Below, piece by piece: positions 26,176 through 40,110 of a stretch of DNA of 64,000 nt. The notes under the pieces are model-generated. The model was not told where the DNA came from, did no database searches, and saw only the letters and a program-made list of their open reading frames with translations. Each line of letters opens with the position of its first letter. The first letter of the stretch is position 1. Position numbers and translations under genes: made by a program. Origin of the DNA: Lama glama (Eukaryota); contig CM052817.1 in NCBI GenBank assembly GCA_028534125.1, forward strand, positions 81,842,001 to 81,906,000. Direction: 5' to 3'.

Positions 26176-29100
26176 CAGCACAGGATTACAGTGGGAGAAA
26201 AGTAATTAGTGTGAAAACTGTATTCTCAACCTAGATTGCACACTTTAGGGGCTGTATTGTTATTGTGTGGGTACGTAAAGTAATAATCCTGGGGAATATG
26301 TATAGATGATCTAAGTAAAAATTCCACCTTGGAACCATATAATGCTGTCTGCATGGATAATCTCAGCCAAAAAAGACCTTGATAATGCTGTGTTTTACTT
26401 GTGATGGAAACAAGGCTTTTTTTTCCTCTAAAAGTGTGCTAAATTTATTTGAAAACTGAGGATATTTTATTTTAAAATGATCACATCCAAGAGAAAACTG
26501 CATTTATATTTAATGAAGTTAAAGAATATAAAGAATCTGAGAGTTCTATGTCGATAATTCTCTGAAAATAGTAGTTGTTTTCTAAAATTCCAGTGAAATT
26601 CAGGAAGAAGATTAGAAACTACATATATCATTATATAAGTCATGATGAATTTGCTCCTTAGGAATATTGCATATAGTTTTGGTTGCTGTAATTGAGAAAG
26701 ATACAATGATACTGAAAAAGTGACACAAATTATCCAGAAGGCTTTAGAAAAGCAAATGAAAATATAAAATTTAGGGCTCTTAAGTCTAAGGGAAAAAGTA
26801 AAAGGCATTTTTGTTGAAGTTTATGAAATGATGTAAAGTATTGCTGAAACTGGCATTTGTTTAGAATTTCCCAGTATATTAGAGATAATGGCTAACACGT
26901 GTAGCTTGAAAGAGATATGTTTACGAAAAGTAATATAATGTACAGTATTCTATTATATAATATAATATATTAACACATGTTGTGGACTAGAATTATGCCA
27001 ATATCATGAGATGAAATGGGTTGAAAGTATAAGCTGAAAAGAGGTTTAAATCAATTTATGAATGGCTTTCACACTCTTCCACAAATGGCCCTGTGCTTCC
27101 AGAGCCAGAGATGAAATATTGGATCTAGGGCACTGGATCTTGTATTCTACATTAACTTCATACCTAGAGAGATTTATGGGGACTTAAGCAGGCAAATGAT
27201 ACAAATAGAATTACATATGTAATGTGTGCCATGGCTTGATTTAATATATATGCCCGCTTTTAAACTTTCAAGTATATCAGCGGTGCATTTTGGAATAAAT
27301 GAATTCAGTTAGAATATTGTCATTTTATTTGACATTTGTATGTTACATGACCTAGGTTCTCATTGTATGAAAATGCACAAAGCTTCATTTCAGAAATAAA
27401 TGACTCATTAATTTTTACAAAAGTGAAGGGCAATACAAACTGATTCCAATATGGCTTAATTCAATTCAGAGTGCTTTTGCAAGGCCCTAAACTCAATGTA
27501 AAATTTCAGACATTCATATTAAATTTACAATTACTGACTACATTAAATGTATTCTGTAACTGTGGTTCAGGTTTTATGTGTGAATCCATTAATTTCAATT
27601 AAATTTGGATTCAGTAAATTTCTGGTTATTTAGTACTTCATAAAAATGCACATTTCACATAATAAGTGACTAATATATATTATGATTTCTCATGGATAGG
27701 ACAGCTTCTTGAAGGAACACAAATTGTAAATTTTGATTCCTGCAATTCAGGCACTTTAGAGCCAGTTGAATGCCGAAGTAACTTGGTTATGCCTATCTTC
27801 GGTCACACTCAGTGTTTCCTTTCTTTCTCTTCAACAAGATGAGATATTTGAAGCTTTTTCTTTACTTGGGTCATACAAATTAAAAAAAAAAACGAGAAAA
27901 CTATAGATTTTGGATTGGCCCTATATTCTCAGTAATTTTATCTTTATTTCCCAAGTACAAAAAATCAAAACTTCATCCTACTTTATTCAGATGATCTTCC
28001 AAAATTCTGTTCCTTAATTAAGCTGCTCTAAAAGAAAAAAAAAAAATCAGTTCAATGACTTAGTTTCTTGTGTACAACAGAAAGAATCCAGTTTGGCCTT
28101 TGTATGCAGTGAAAGACTAGGAAGGAAGTATGTGTTGTATAGCCAGTGTTTCGAGTTGGTAGTTTTTGCTTTTGTTTACTGTTTCTCATTCAGTCTGAAT
28201 GTCCCTATCTGTAACAGCTTTGGAGAAGCACCTTTGTCCCCAGAGCTGGCCTCCAGGAAGGCTTGGATCCTTACGAGTTTGGAGAAATGGGTACTGGCTG
28301 TCATCCATAGGAAAACAGAATAAGTTTACAGAGCTCCTGCTGATTTCCTTGAAAGTTCTCTCTCATGCGCTGCAGTAAGCCGTATAATGTTACTAGGGAC
28401 AGACACTAAGCATCCTTCTCAGCCAGGCCATCCATTAAACTAGAAGAAGAATGCCTAACCCATAAGGTAGGGTGGTTCATCATGTTTCCCGGGCTGATAA
28501 TTTGAAATGAAAAGATCCTAAATGATTGTTAGTATTCGTATTAGTGTTACTGAATTAGAGGCATGCGGATGGGGACTGAGGTTGCTCAGTAGAAAATTCC
28601 TGACTCCAGGCCTTGCACCTCTTGCCAGCCAACCACAGCCAGCACTGAGTGGATTTGCATATGGTCACATGACGTGGTTGATTGCTCAGATCGGAAAACA
28701 CCTTGCTTTTTAAATTCTGTTTTACCTCATTTTTGTCTCATGAACTTAAAGTTCAAAGGCAGTCAAACATGAATGTCTAATTTCAAGATTAAAATATTTA
28801 TGAACCTAAGCTTGGTGCCACCCACTTGGAATTAAAGTGTGCAGATGAAACGCAAGGACTGTTGTTGATACGGTAGCTACTTTAAAGTGCTTCGTAACTT
28901 TCGTTTGCTGTTGATTTTGGTCAATGTGCTTTTTTTGCATTTAGTTTTGCAACTTTTAGTTTCAGCAGTATTAATCATAAATAAATAAGCAAAATAATTT
29001 CACATTTTCAAGAAACCACGAGTAATATGATGCATTTTCCTTTGTTATCCCCTGCTGTCTTATTAAGAAACTTTTTGTAGTCATATTATTTGTATCAGCC

Positions 29101-31662
29101 AGTCTGAAATACTGTGAATCTTCACATTCTACTTTTTTCTTCACATTTTACTTTTTAGCAGAATAACTTTAATTTCATGGTACGTGCAAGAGCTCTTGTT
29201 TGTGCCACAGCCTTTTAACTGTCTCAGGTGGTAACTTGATTGTACTAATATATTGAATTGAACTACATGTGAAATAAGAAGTACATAATGAGTGACAGGG
29301 CAGAATTCTGTCAGTGATTTTTCAGACTTGGTCAGTGAACATCAGAAATATTTGTTCACATTTCCTTTTGTTCATGACTGATGACTAAATTTCTGTGTTC
29401 ACAGTTCTTCCTACCATGAGATATATTTGTCATTTTGAGAAAGATAGACTCTTCAGAATTATTCTGAATTCCCTCACTCCCTATAGAATTCTAGACTCTT
29501 CTCAACTCAGAATAAACTTGTTTTTAAAAGCTACCTGACTTTAGACACAGGGTTTGGGGCAATAATTCAAATCATTTCGGAAAGATAGATCCTACCTATT
29601 CAAATATTTTGTATTGAAATTACAACAAACAGTAGATATAGTAAACTTTTAACTTTATTATAGTATAACTTATTTTCTCTAACAAAACTTTTTAATAAAG
29701 GAATATAATTGTTGCAAAAAGTTGTTACTTTTAATTTTCATGGTTTACATTGCATAAAATAGTTATTATGATATACATTGAAGTACTGTGCTTAAATATA
29801 GTATAATTCTAAGTAATTATTTGAAGGGAAATTAAAATATTCTGGAAGCATTTTTGATCACTGAATGCAGTGATTTCCAAACTAAGAGCTGAAGAAGCTT
29901 TAAGGCCTGGGCAAAACTTTGTCACCAGTATTTCTCTCCATTATTTCAAGCAGAGTAGCTCCAAGTTGAACTGTTTCAAATGTTTTCTTCCACCTAACAT
30001 TTTTAAAAATGTAACAATTCATTTTTCATGACCGAAAAAAAAGTTTGAACAGAATAGGTAATCACTAAGTGTTTTGTTTGAAAATGTACCAGCATGCAGG
30101 TTGCCAAAAGATTTGGGAAATACATCTCCTATGCTTGACGGTTCCTCTTAAATAAAGAGTTCTTTTTTTCCGTGGTTGCTTTTTATGCCTATCTGTCAGT
30201 ATTTTAAAGTACTCCATTTGTTACAGTAGGGATATTTTTTAAAGTGGGATTTGAGGATCCCTGATTTCAGAAGAGTGGTTTTTCAGATTGCTTCCCGATA
30301 CGGGTAACTAATGACAGGAGTGCTTTCCTCTGTGAGTGCCGCCAGTCTTCTTTGAGTGTTCAACACATATAAGCTGTCCTCCTATGAAATGAAACAGGGA
30401 CTTTGTTATACTCCTCCAATACACTGCAACCTTGACACTGAAGGGAAAAAAAGCTAGCATCAACTCTACAGTTCATAAGACTGTAATAAGTTCTATTAGA
30501 TGCAACGGCGGTGTTAGAAAAATGATTTACCTCTGTATTGCCCTGTCCTCATTAGTGTGCTTTGCACACAATGGGCCTCTGATCAATATGTTTTTAATTC
30601 CTAATTAGCCATCTTCTATATGGTAATGATAAAATATGATCCCACTCGAATTTGAAGATGTTTCCAATCCTTCTGAAATTTTAGAGGGGTACAAAATTTA
30701 GAAGGACATGAAAGGTGCGTTCTTAATGACTAATGCAGGTTTTAAATGACCCAAACCAGATCTCATTTTTCAAGAAATGTTCAGTTCTATAGAAAGTTTG
30801 GCATTCAGTTAGAATGACTTCTTTATTCAAGACATTTTACAATAATTTGAAAATGAAAACCAGCCAGCATTTAGTGATGATAGTCTACAGAAGTTTCACC
30901 AAAACGTTACTTCATCATAAACAAAGAAACTATTCATTGCCTGTTGGGCAGCATCTCAACATCTGTCCACTATTGACTTAACCACTTATATTGTCTGAGA
31001 ATATGATATAGATTAAAATTTTCATTGTTTTCTTTTTAGTTTAAAATTGTGTTTTGCCCCATTGGAATTGGCCCAGAAGTGAGGTAAATATGTTTTAAAG
31101 TAAGCTTTTTCATAATATGTTTACTGTCTTTATCAATCTGCTAGTTTAGGACTTGATATTATCTTTAAAAACAGAAATGTATGTCTTTGGAATAAAACAG
31201 GGCTGTAGCACAGCCTATGATTACACAGATTTGGAAGATCTATGGGTCAAATTATATATATCATTAAATAAAAAGTCTCAGTGATGGCATTGTGTTATAA
31301 AGGAGGTCTGTTGTTTCTTTAATATGAGTTACCCATATACATCTTTATTTATAAATGAATATTTATTACATTTATTCTTTATTGCGAAATATTTAATAAC
31401 TGAAAGTTTCCCAGTGAAGACTAAGTAAAATTTGTTTTGGTTGAACTGTGGTGTTTGAGAATTTACAAAACCATCATTATTGAATTGATCCAAAGGTCTC
31501 AGAAATGTTATATAATTAATCATCCTTCCTTTAGGCTGAATTCAGTTTTAGTAATAGGCAGATAGATATCTATGCTGTTATTCAACTGATCTGTCCAAAG
31601 TGTAATTTATAAGGTGAAAAAGTAAATACTGAAAATATGCTATTTAAAAAGAAATAATATCT

Positions 31663-32162
31663 NNNNNNNNNNNNNNNNNNNNNNNNNNNNNNNNNNNNNN
31701 NNNNNNNNNNNNNNNNNNNNNNNNNNNNNNNNNNNNNNNNNNNNNNNNNNNNNNNNNNNNNNNNNNNNNNNNNNNNNNNNNNNNNNNNNNNNNNNNNNNN
31801 NNNNNNNNNNNNNNNNNNNNNNNNNNNNNNNNNNNNNNNNNNNNNNNNNNNNNNNNNNNNNNNNNNNNNNNNNNNNNNNNNNNNNNNNNNNNNNNNNNNN
31901 NNNNNNNNNNNNNNNNNNNNNNNNNNNNNNNNNNNNNNNNNNNNNNNNNNNNNNNNNNNNNNNNNNNNNNNNNNNNNNNNNNNNNNNNNNNNNNNNNNNN
32001 NNNNNNNNNNNNNNNNNNNNNNNNNNNNNNNNNNNNNNNNNNNNNNNNNNNNNNNNNNNNNNNNNNNNNNNNNNNNNNNNNNNNNNNNNNNNNNNNNNNN
32101 NNNNNNNNNNNNNNNNNNNNNNNNNNNNNNNNNNNNNNNNNNNNNNNNNNNNNNNNNNNNNN
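31663..32162. other. Assembly gap (500 N)
   Basis: Run of exactly 500 N followed by a T-tract; the round length suggests a placeholder gap. Confidence 0.99.
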
Positions 32163-34814
32163 TTTTTTTTTTTACAGATCATCTTGCTATAGGACCACTG
32201 ACAGTTTGCCTAAAACTGATACATAGAAGCACAAATAGTCTCTTCCTCCCCTCCAATATATTTGTGTTAGAGAAATTTCTCTATCACAGCTGCATCCTTT
32301 GATTGACATAATAATATCTTGTGAGTAGCAGCCCTGCTGCTTGGATCATGTTTTGTTTTCTGTCAGCAGTGTATCACCAGTATTTTCCTCAGTGGGCTAA
32401 ACAGACCCCGAGTGGGAGGCTGATAAAAGCAGCCTCGTCCTCATGCATCACTTTGAATGATTTCAAAGAGAAAAGAGGCAGCTGTGACAGTGTTCACACG
32501 AGCCACTCAGGGTGGTCTTATCTTTGTAGTCTAACAATAATAGTACACCCTGCTTGCATTCCTTAGCTTGAGAAGAGCAGAGTCGCTTACGAGTCATACA
32601 TTTTTACTCCTTGACATGTCTTAAAATTGGATCTGTGATAAACGGACTGACATCTTTACCTCCCTGGGCAATTTGTCTTCAAAGTAAATGGAGAGAAGTG
32701 CTGTTTATGAATTTATTGCACGTCTGAAGCAATATTTATTTTAAACAGATACTTGGACTAATATATAACAGATTGGTATTTATGTACACAGTCTGAAGGT
32801 TGGTTTTTATTTGACTCATTAATGGGATATGAAAAGAAGTCTTCTACATGTGTAGATGATCATTATAGTAATAGTGTTCTGCTCTAAAATTGTAGATCTA
32901 TTTTGTTTGCCATTTTATAGGTCTTGAGCCATGTTTACCTATTTGGAAAGGTCCTGTGTGAAAATGATTTTTTAAAGTGACTGTATAATACAGGTGATAA
33001 GGCCAGATAATCTAAGTGAGATATAGTTGAGTTAGAGAACTTTGTATACATTTAGCCTCACACAATACACATACAAATGAAAGTCATTCACCAATGGCTA
33101 GATGGTGGGGCATTGCATTCAGTCTTTAACAGTTCCATGTTGAACAGTCATGAATCTAAAAATATACAAATTAAGTTCCTCGAGGATGTGACTATGTCTT
33201 TGCATTTCTTCTGTTTTGTAACCTCATTGAAACCACCGCCAGCCTTTTCACCCGTTGCCTGCTGTTACACAAAACATGTGGCACTAATGATGAAGGAATA
33301 AAAGGACAAGTGAATACACCAGATGATGTGTTATATAAGATGAAATATAAAGCAATATTCAGATAAAAGGAATAATTGTGCTCAAGTGTAAAATCAGTGT
33401 TTTTGACACTCTGTAAATTAGAAAAAAACATTAAAATCTCTCAGGTATGATAAATGTGATCACAGGGTAGAATGCTAAATTTGTTTCTAGCAAATAAATA
33501 TGTCTGAATAAGATATCCCTGATTCCAGTTTTTATGAATTTAGGCAGATGTACAATCTCTTGATCTATGATAAAAATAGTTGATTGCTCACTTAACTTGA
33601 TATAGATTCTTATAGAGCAAACAAGACTTATAAAGCAAAACATGGGGTAGATTTATATTTTTTAACCCAGATGATTTTGGATCTTTAAGTAATTCTAATG
33701 AAACAAAGGAATCAAATGGAATTTTAATAGAAATTATTTCACTAATGTGCCCACTAGCATTTAACTAAGTGAAATATACACGTTCCAGCTGTATTTGATA
33801 ACATTAGGTTTTCACACAAAGACATAGGGGATGTTATTTTACTGCTCACTCTTGTGGAGTTTACTCCTTTCACTAAAGAAAAACAAAATATTTTATCTCC
33901 TCATTGCAGCTCAGATTTGAAGTAACTGCTAAAGCGTAGATCACTGAACACTGCTGGCACGTGCTCTATGGGTATGTTTGAATCAAAGAATTTTACAAAG
34001 GGCTCAGACCTTCCTCCTGGGAGCTGTCATTGACCACAGACGCTCTTGTTCATCGTGGGGAGTGGCCCCTGAGAACCTCTCAACGTTGTTTGTCAAATCC
34101 TACAGATTAATGAACTGGGCCATATAGCCCTTCTCCTTATCTTATGAAAGGAATAGCTAACTGCTCATAGAGCTGTAAGATTATTTCATTCTGCCCTTTG
34201 GTATGAGTTTCTTTTGTAGTTATTTAATCTTTCAATACATAAATCCAATGAGAGTTCTTTTAAGGAAGCCAGCAAGGATGGGAAAAGCCCCACTATTATT
34301 ATGAGTGTGTAGTAGGGAAAAATGTAAATGAAACTTTGGTTGATTTACATTAGCCTTTTTTTTTCTTTAAAATAATTGTGTTTAATTTTAAGTCTTGATT
34401 TTAAAATAATTGGGACTTGTTATCATATAGAAATCATCTGTTGTGTTTGTGAGAGGTACGATTTTCTGCTACCATTTACATCCACATTTTCTGTCTTTTG
34501 TGAGGATTTGGTGTGGGTTATAGATTTAGGAGCCAAAAATTATATCTGTTAGAAGAAGGAAGGCAACTAAGAAGTGGGAAGTAAGGCTGTGTACATTGTA
34601 CTTTGTTTAGAACCCACATTCTGGGTATCATAAATCATACAAACTTGTTCACTCTCCGCTCTGTGATTATTTTACTGTTGTTTTATTTAGAAGGTAGTTA
34701 ATTTTGCATAAGCAATAAGCATTCTTGTTGATTTGTATATCACATTTACAATCAAACTTAGAAGTTAAATGTTCAACAAAAAGTAGAAGCAGTGGCACAA
34801 ACATCTCTACGTAC

Positions 34815-34960
34815 AGCATTTACCAGATTCTGCTCTGTTGACACATAGTAGCACATTTAATGCCCCCAACAGTCTTGTGAGGTAGGTACCACCATTCTCT
34901 CCATTTTCCCCATGAGAAAAATATAGACAGGTGGAGGTAACTGACCCAAGTTTATTAAGG
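34815..34960 (-). mobile_element. MIR SINE
   Basis: catttaatgcccccaacagtcttgtgaggtaggtaccaccattctctccatttt...gaggtaactgacccaag. Confidence 0.75.
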
Positions 34961-35954
34961 CCAAATGAAAATTCTTCTAACTGTAGTGATTAGGTTATAT
35001 GTTAAATATCCTTGATTTTAGGGGTATTAATTATTTTCCTAATAAGTGAGTTATCTGTATTAGAATGTTAAACTGGCAATTCATGCTGAAAGCCAATATA
35101 TATCCCCCATATCTTCTGCCTTCCTACATCTTTGCTCACTGGGATATTTTAAGACAATCACAGTTTATTTTTAATGCAAATGATTTATTTCATTGTGGCT
35201 TGTCATAGTGCTACTCAGTGAACCCAGTAATGAATAGTATGAGATTTTTCAGTCTTGAAAATATAATTATTTATGAGATCATTATTTCTAATTCTGCTGT
35301 CCAATTTTCCTTTTAAATCAAAAGCATGTGCCTCCTTGTTGATATAAGTAATGTAATGCAAAAGGAAATTAGTCGCTTCAAAGGAAAAACTGAAATAGAG
35401 GAGAGTAACCAGGGGACGGAAATAGTACGTGCATGAAATACTTGAAACATGACTGTGATGTGAGCATCCAGGGAATGACCACCCTTATGTTTTGCCTGTT
35501 TTTGTGTGTTGTTTTGTTGTTTTATTTTCTCATCTGTTGATCTTTCTTTTACTCGCGGGCCTTAGCCTGGATCTCTGGGGAGAATCAATTTCAAAGTTTA
35601 CACTTCTTAACCTTATGGTGAAAACACTACTCTCCCCTGGAATCCACTCCCCCGAGCTGCCCTAGATGGATTTTCCCCTGAACACAGTAACTGAAATTTG
35701 AGTGTCCTAGAGTCCTCTCCTTCTCTCCCTGCTGCCATCAGCTTTCCCTCAGTTTCTCCACTCTAATCAGCCTATCTTGTTTTCTTTTCTAGTTGCCCTC
35801 TGACATTCTAAAAGCTCACATGTTTCTTCACAAAGTTTCTCCTTTACACATTTTCAGCACCAGCACTTCCGTCACTCTAGGAATTACCACCTCCTTCCCT
35901 CTTTTCTAAGTGGTTAAGCGATCTGCGGTCATCATGTCTAGTTTCCTATGCCAC

Positions 35955-36135
35955 TTTCACAGTTTACTGGCTTTGTGACCTTAGCAAGTTAACTGACTTC
36001 ATGGAGCTTCCATGTTTCCATCCTGAAGACGTGGAAAACAATGTTTCGCTCTTAGGCTTATAAGGAAGATAAAATTATGTAACGAGTACAAGATGGTATA
36101 TAGATTCACATGTTACCTATTATTATTACTATTGC
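35955..36135 (+). mobile_element. MIR SINE
   Basis: tttactggctttgtgaccttagcaagttaactgacttcatggagcttccatgtttccatc. Confidence 0.7.
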
Positions 36136-36659
36136 TGTCATAGTTAATTCATTGTTTCTCAACTAATTAACTAATTTCAGGAACTATTTATTCAAGACTA
36201 TTATGTCCAAAGGCCTGAGTAAACAGGTACCGTCCTCAGGGAACTTACAGTCTGGTAAGGAAGGCTGAGAAGCTCACAAATAATTATAATGCACCTGTAC
36301 TGTTTGCACTGAACAATAATATGTAGGCACTTAATTGGAGTCACACCCCTGAAGAGACTCTCAAAACTCAACAGCTCTTTGGGGGTGGGGGATGGATTGC
36401 AGCTATAATATGGGTGACATAACCATCTTTACTTTGTTAAAAATTTAACTTACTAACAATGATAAACATATAAAATATGGTTTTGCTTAATTCTGAGATA
36501 AATATTTACAGATATAAATATAATGATGTGTATTGTTCCAAGTACTTTTCGTTAAATTCAGTGTCAAATTGCTAGTAAGCGTGTGACTAAATATTGCATT
36601 TTTTCCCTACAGGGGGAAAGTTCAAATCAATTAGCTGTGATGAATATGCATGAGATCTC

Positions 36660-36960
36660 AGCTCTCTCACAGAGGTACTGTGATAGATGTTGGAGGGAAT
36701 TCAAAGATAATAAAAAAGAAGTGTCTCTGTTCTTTGGGGTTTCAGTCAATTATTAGCTGAGCATGTAAAGCAGTTACCCACATGAAGCAGTTCAGTATAA
36801 CTTGTACAATGAAAGGAGAAAAAACAAGGTGCCGTGGGAATAAGGGGAATGAGATTCATCAAACTGTGGTAATCTGGAAGGCGGCATGAGGGAGATGGTA
36901 TTTGACAGAGTAAACAAAGGATGATGCATTTTCAATAGCTAGTGATGGAGTAGGACCCAT
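36660..36960 (-). mobile_element. L2 LINE fragment
   Basis: aaacaaggtgccgtgggaataaggg...atctggaaggcggcatgagggagatggtatttga...aaggatgatgcatttt. Confidence 0.55.
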
Positions 36961-37756
36961 GTGCCCAAGAGAGGTTTGGGAATATAGTGATTATCTTTGT
37001 TTTAAACCTAGGATGGTGTGCAGGCAGTGATACTGAGAGTTGATCTAACAAACGTTTACGCAAAACCTGCTACCCTGACAAGGGGCTGTGTTGGATGATC
37101 TAAAAAGACATTAATTTTACCTTAGTAAGGAGGACAGACAAATCAAGAGTTGATTTTAAAATTGTGAAATTTGCAAACTTTGGGAAATTGTAAGCCACAA
37201 CAGCTGCATTGAGAAGGGGTTATTCACTTCATTTGTGGAACAGGATCCGACAAGGACGACACTGTCTGACCTGCATTTTGCGATACAGAATAGGGCAACA
37301 AAGTAGGGGAGATGTTGTGGGAAGCAAGAACATCCAAATAGAAAAGTGATCATTTTCTCCCCTGTAATTGTTGCTAATTGTCCTTCTACGTCGTGCATCA
37401 GTCATGAGCTTCATTCATTCACCCTCATGTGCAAGTCCTGGACACACTGGAATGAACTTCAATCACCCATGAAGCACAGGGACTCCTACAAGAAGTAGGA
37501 GAAAAGGGTTGCTGGATTCAAACCAGACTTTGACAGCTTGGGTAGAACTGCCTGGGTTGCCCTATTTATTTTGACTTTTACATTCTATTTTATCCCAGTT
37601 TTCTGACTTCCAGTTGCTGTTAAATTCCTCTCTCACTAGAAGCTCTTGGTTTTTACACCACTCTGGATTCATGACCTGCTGAAAACACCATTTACATTTC
37701 TTTCACTGTTATTCCATGATATTACCCCCTCTATTACCAAGGTTACTGAGTAAGAT

Positions 37757-37797
37757 TGTGTGTATGTGTGTATGTGTGTGAGTGTGAGTGTACACAC
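37757..37797. repeat. Imperfect (TG)n compound microsatellite
   Basis: tgtgtgtatgtgtgtatgtgtgtgagtgtgagtgtacacac. Confidence 0.8.
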
Positions 37798-39199
37798 AGA
37801 TGCATTTCCCACCTTTCTCAACTCTGTAAGGAAATGTAGTCGGTATATTTCCTTTCAAGAAGATGAGAGTCAAACTCTTTAAAGCTGAATATCAGGTTTT
37901 TTCCAGCATAATATTCTGAGAACTTAGGCAGGCATCAGGTATATATTGAAAGATGTTAGTCCAAAGAATGAGTAGAGATGTCATTATGACAAGAGTAAGG
38001 AATATTTTATAAAGTTTGGAGAAGATAAACGATTCCTCCCTTTTTTTATAAGAAGGATAAAAGGGGTAAAGTTTTTCAAAATATGGAAGCAGAGAATCTG
38101 TAAGAGGAATTTCTGTGAGCTTTATGAGCTTCTATGGAGATAGACAGATTTACTATTTGACCTTCATTACACGGTGGAATACAATATGAATTTGTTAGAA
38201 AAATAGCCAAAATTACTATTGATAGAAGATAATTTATTCAATTCCATATTCTTTGAGCAAAGAGTAAATACAGCAAAACTTTGTCAAGTGAAAGAAGAGT
38301 AAATGCAGCAAAACTTCTATTAAATATATAATAATATATAATATTCAAAGTCTGTGGGAATGGATTCGGCTATTATGACTAAATCAGAAGTGAAGGCAAT
38401 CTTTTTTTAGCTTAGCATTAATTGGATGGTTTATATAAAGGTCTTGAACCCCTTAGAGCTTATTAGAAAAAATTCTTCAGTTAAACGAAAATATTTTTTC
38501 CTTTAGTTAAAAATAAATCAGACAAATTATCAAACAAAATTTCACAGTAGAAATGTATAATGCCAACTATGTACATATATCTGTGGGTATTTTGATAGAT
38601 AGGAATAAATGCATACTCTTAAAGAAATGTAATTTACATCTATTAGTCATGTTCTCAGCTGCAATAAAGCAATGTATTAGTGAAATTGGGTGCTTATACT
38701 ATATATAATTCAGTTTGAAGGAATAAAATAGAAGCACATGTGTAAGTACTTTTGCAATACTCATATTCAACTATAATTCTTCCTAATTTGTTTCTTGTTT
38801 TACAGTGATGTGCTGGGATTGGGGTCATTCAGTTTTAGGGCCATTCTATCACTTTATCTAGTTAAACTGAAATTTGGTTTTTCTTTGGTTACCTCTCTGA
38901 ATGTTTTTGTTTATATTCTCTCTCCCTCTCTCTCTCTCTTTCTCTCTCCCTCTTGCTACAAATTAAATGGAGGTTTTTCTCAAAAACCTTGGCCTTAGAC
39001 CTGGACGTCCCCTCCTCTCTCTCTGAAGTGTCTCCTTAGCAACCTCATTTTGTCAACTGTCACTTTTATGTTGGTCACTTTTTACTTCTCTCTCATGACT
39101 TCAAAAGCATCACATTCTGACTATTGGCTAGATATCTACCTGGAAATTTAGCCCCCAGTGCACTTCAATTTCACTCTGCTCATTGAGAAAAATAGTTAT

Positions 39200-40110
39200 T
39201 AACAAGGTCTCTCAATAAATTACTATGAATGTGTGATAGAAAAACAGGGCACTTTAAGAAAATATTGGAAGGGAACCGAAACGAGACTATGGATCACTGA
39301 AAGAGTCAGTATGGAAGTGATATTTATGCTGTGGCTTGAAGGATCACTTGAAATTAACTAGGCCAAGTTCAGTGGTTAGGAAGCAGCATTCCAAGCAAAA
39401 GGAATACCATGCATAAAAGCCCTGAGGTGGAAAGAGTACAGCTGAGTAACCGAAAAAGAATTTTATTAAACTGAAAGAGCTGAAAGGGAAGAAGTGAGAG
39501 ATGACCCTGGGTTATTAGCCTGAGTATGAGTGTGAGGATGGATCTCCAGAAGTCAGTTTAGTATTACTCATCCCAAAAGGAGAAGCCATTGAAGAGTATT
39601 ATTTTGATCATATTTGTGTTTTGTAAAAAGCCTTCCCGCTGAATGCAATCATAAATGGATGCAAAGAGACCGGTTAGAGGTCAGGGCATGTGGTCTTAGG
39701 AGTTCAGTATAGAGAACACAGGGCCGTGGACCAGGAGGTGGCAGTGAGGTTGGAGACCTGGGCGTTGCTTTGAGATGTGTTGACGAGCTGGTACTGCTGT
39801 TTCTTGGTGATGAACAGGATGTGAGTGTGGAGGATAATGGGAGGATGTTGGGAGCGGCAAGATGCTGGTTAGGTTTCTGCCTTGAAGAACTAAGGATGGT
39901 GAGTTACAGAACACTGGAGGATGTAGGTGATAGATGTATTTTGAGTCTTGTTCAATGTGAGGACACTCTGAGATACCCAATGGAAATATCAGTTAGGTGG
40001 ATAGTTGCATCTGGAGCACAACAGGACAGTCTAGGTTAAAATTTAGATCTGGAGTTTAGTATTCATGAAAGTAACCATGAGAGCAGCTGTATTATCCAAA
40101 GGGGAGTAGG
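39200..40110 (-). mobile_element. L2 LINE fragment
   Basis: ggaagtgatatttatgctgtggcttgaagga...cagcattccaagcaaaaggaataccatgcataaaagccctgagg...gagaagccattgaagag...gagatacccaatggaaatatcagttagg. Confidence 0.8.

Noticed and set aside
31640..32182. 180-aa ORF
   Set aside because: Artefact of translating the N gap.
38260..38316. CRISPR-like repeat-spacer
   Set aside because: Only two units with a 13-nt spacer in mammalian DNA; no array and no cas genes.
38775..38810. Strong-looking acceptor cctaatttgtttcttgttttacag
   Set aside because: No convincing nearby donor, and the phase-0 frame begins with TGA; such tracts are frequent in AT-rich introns.
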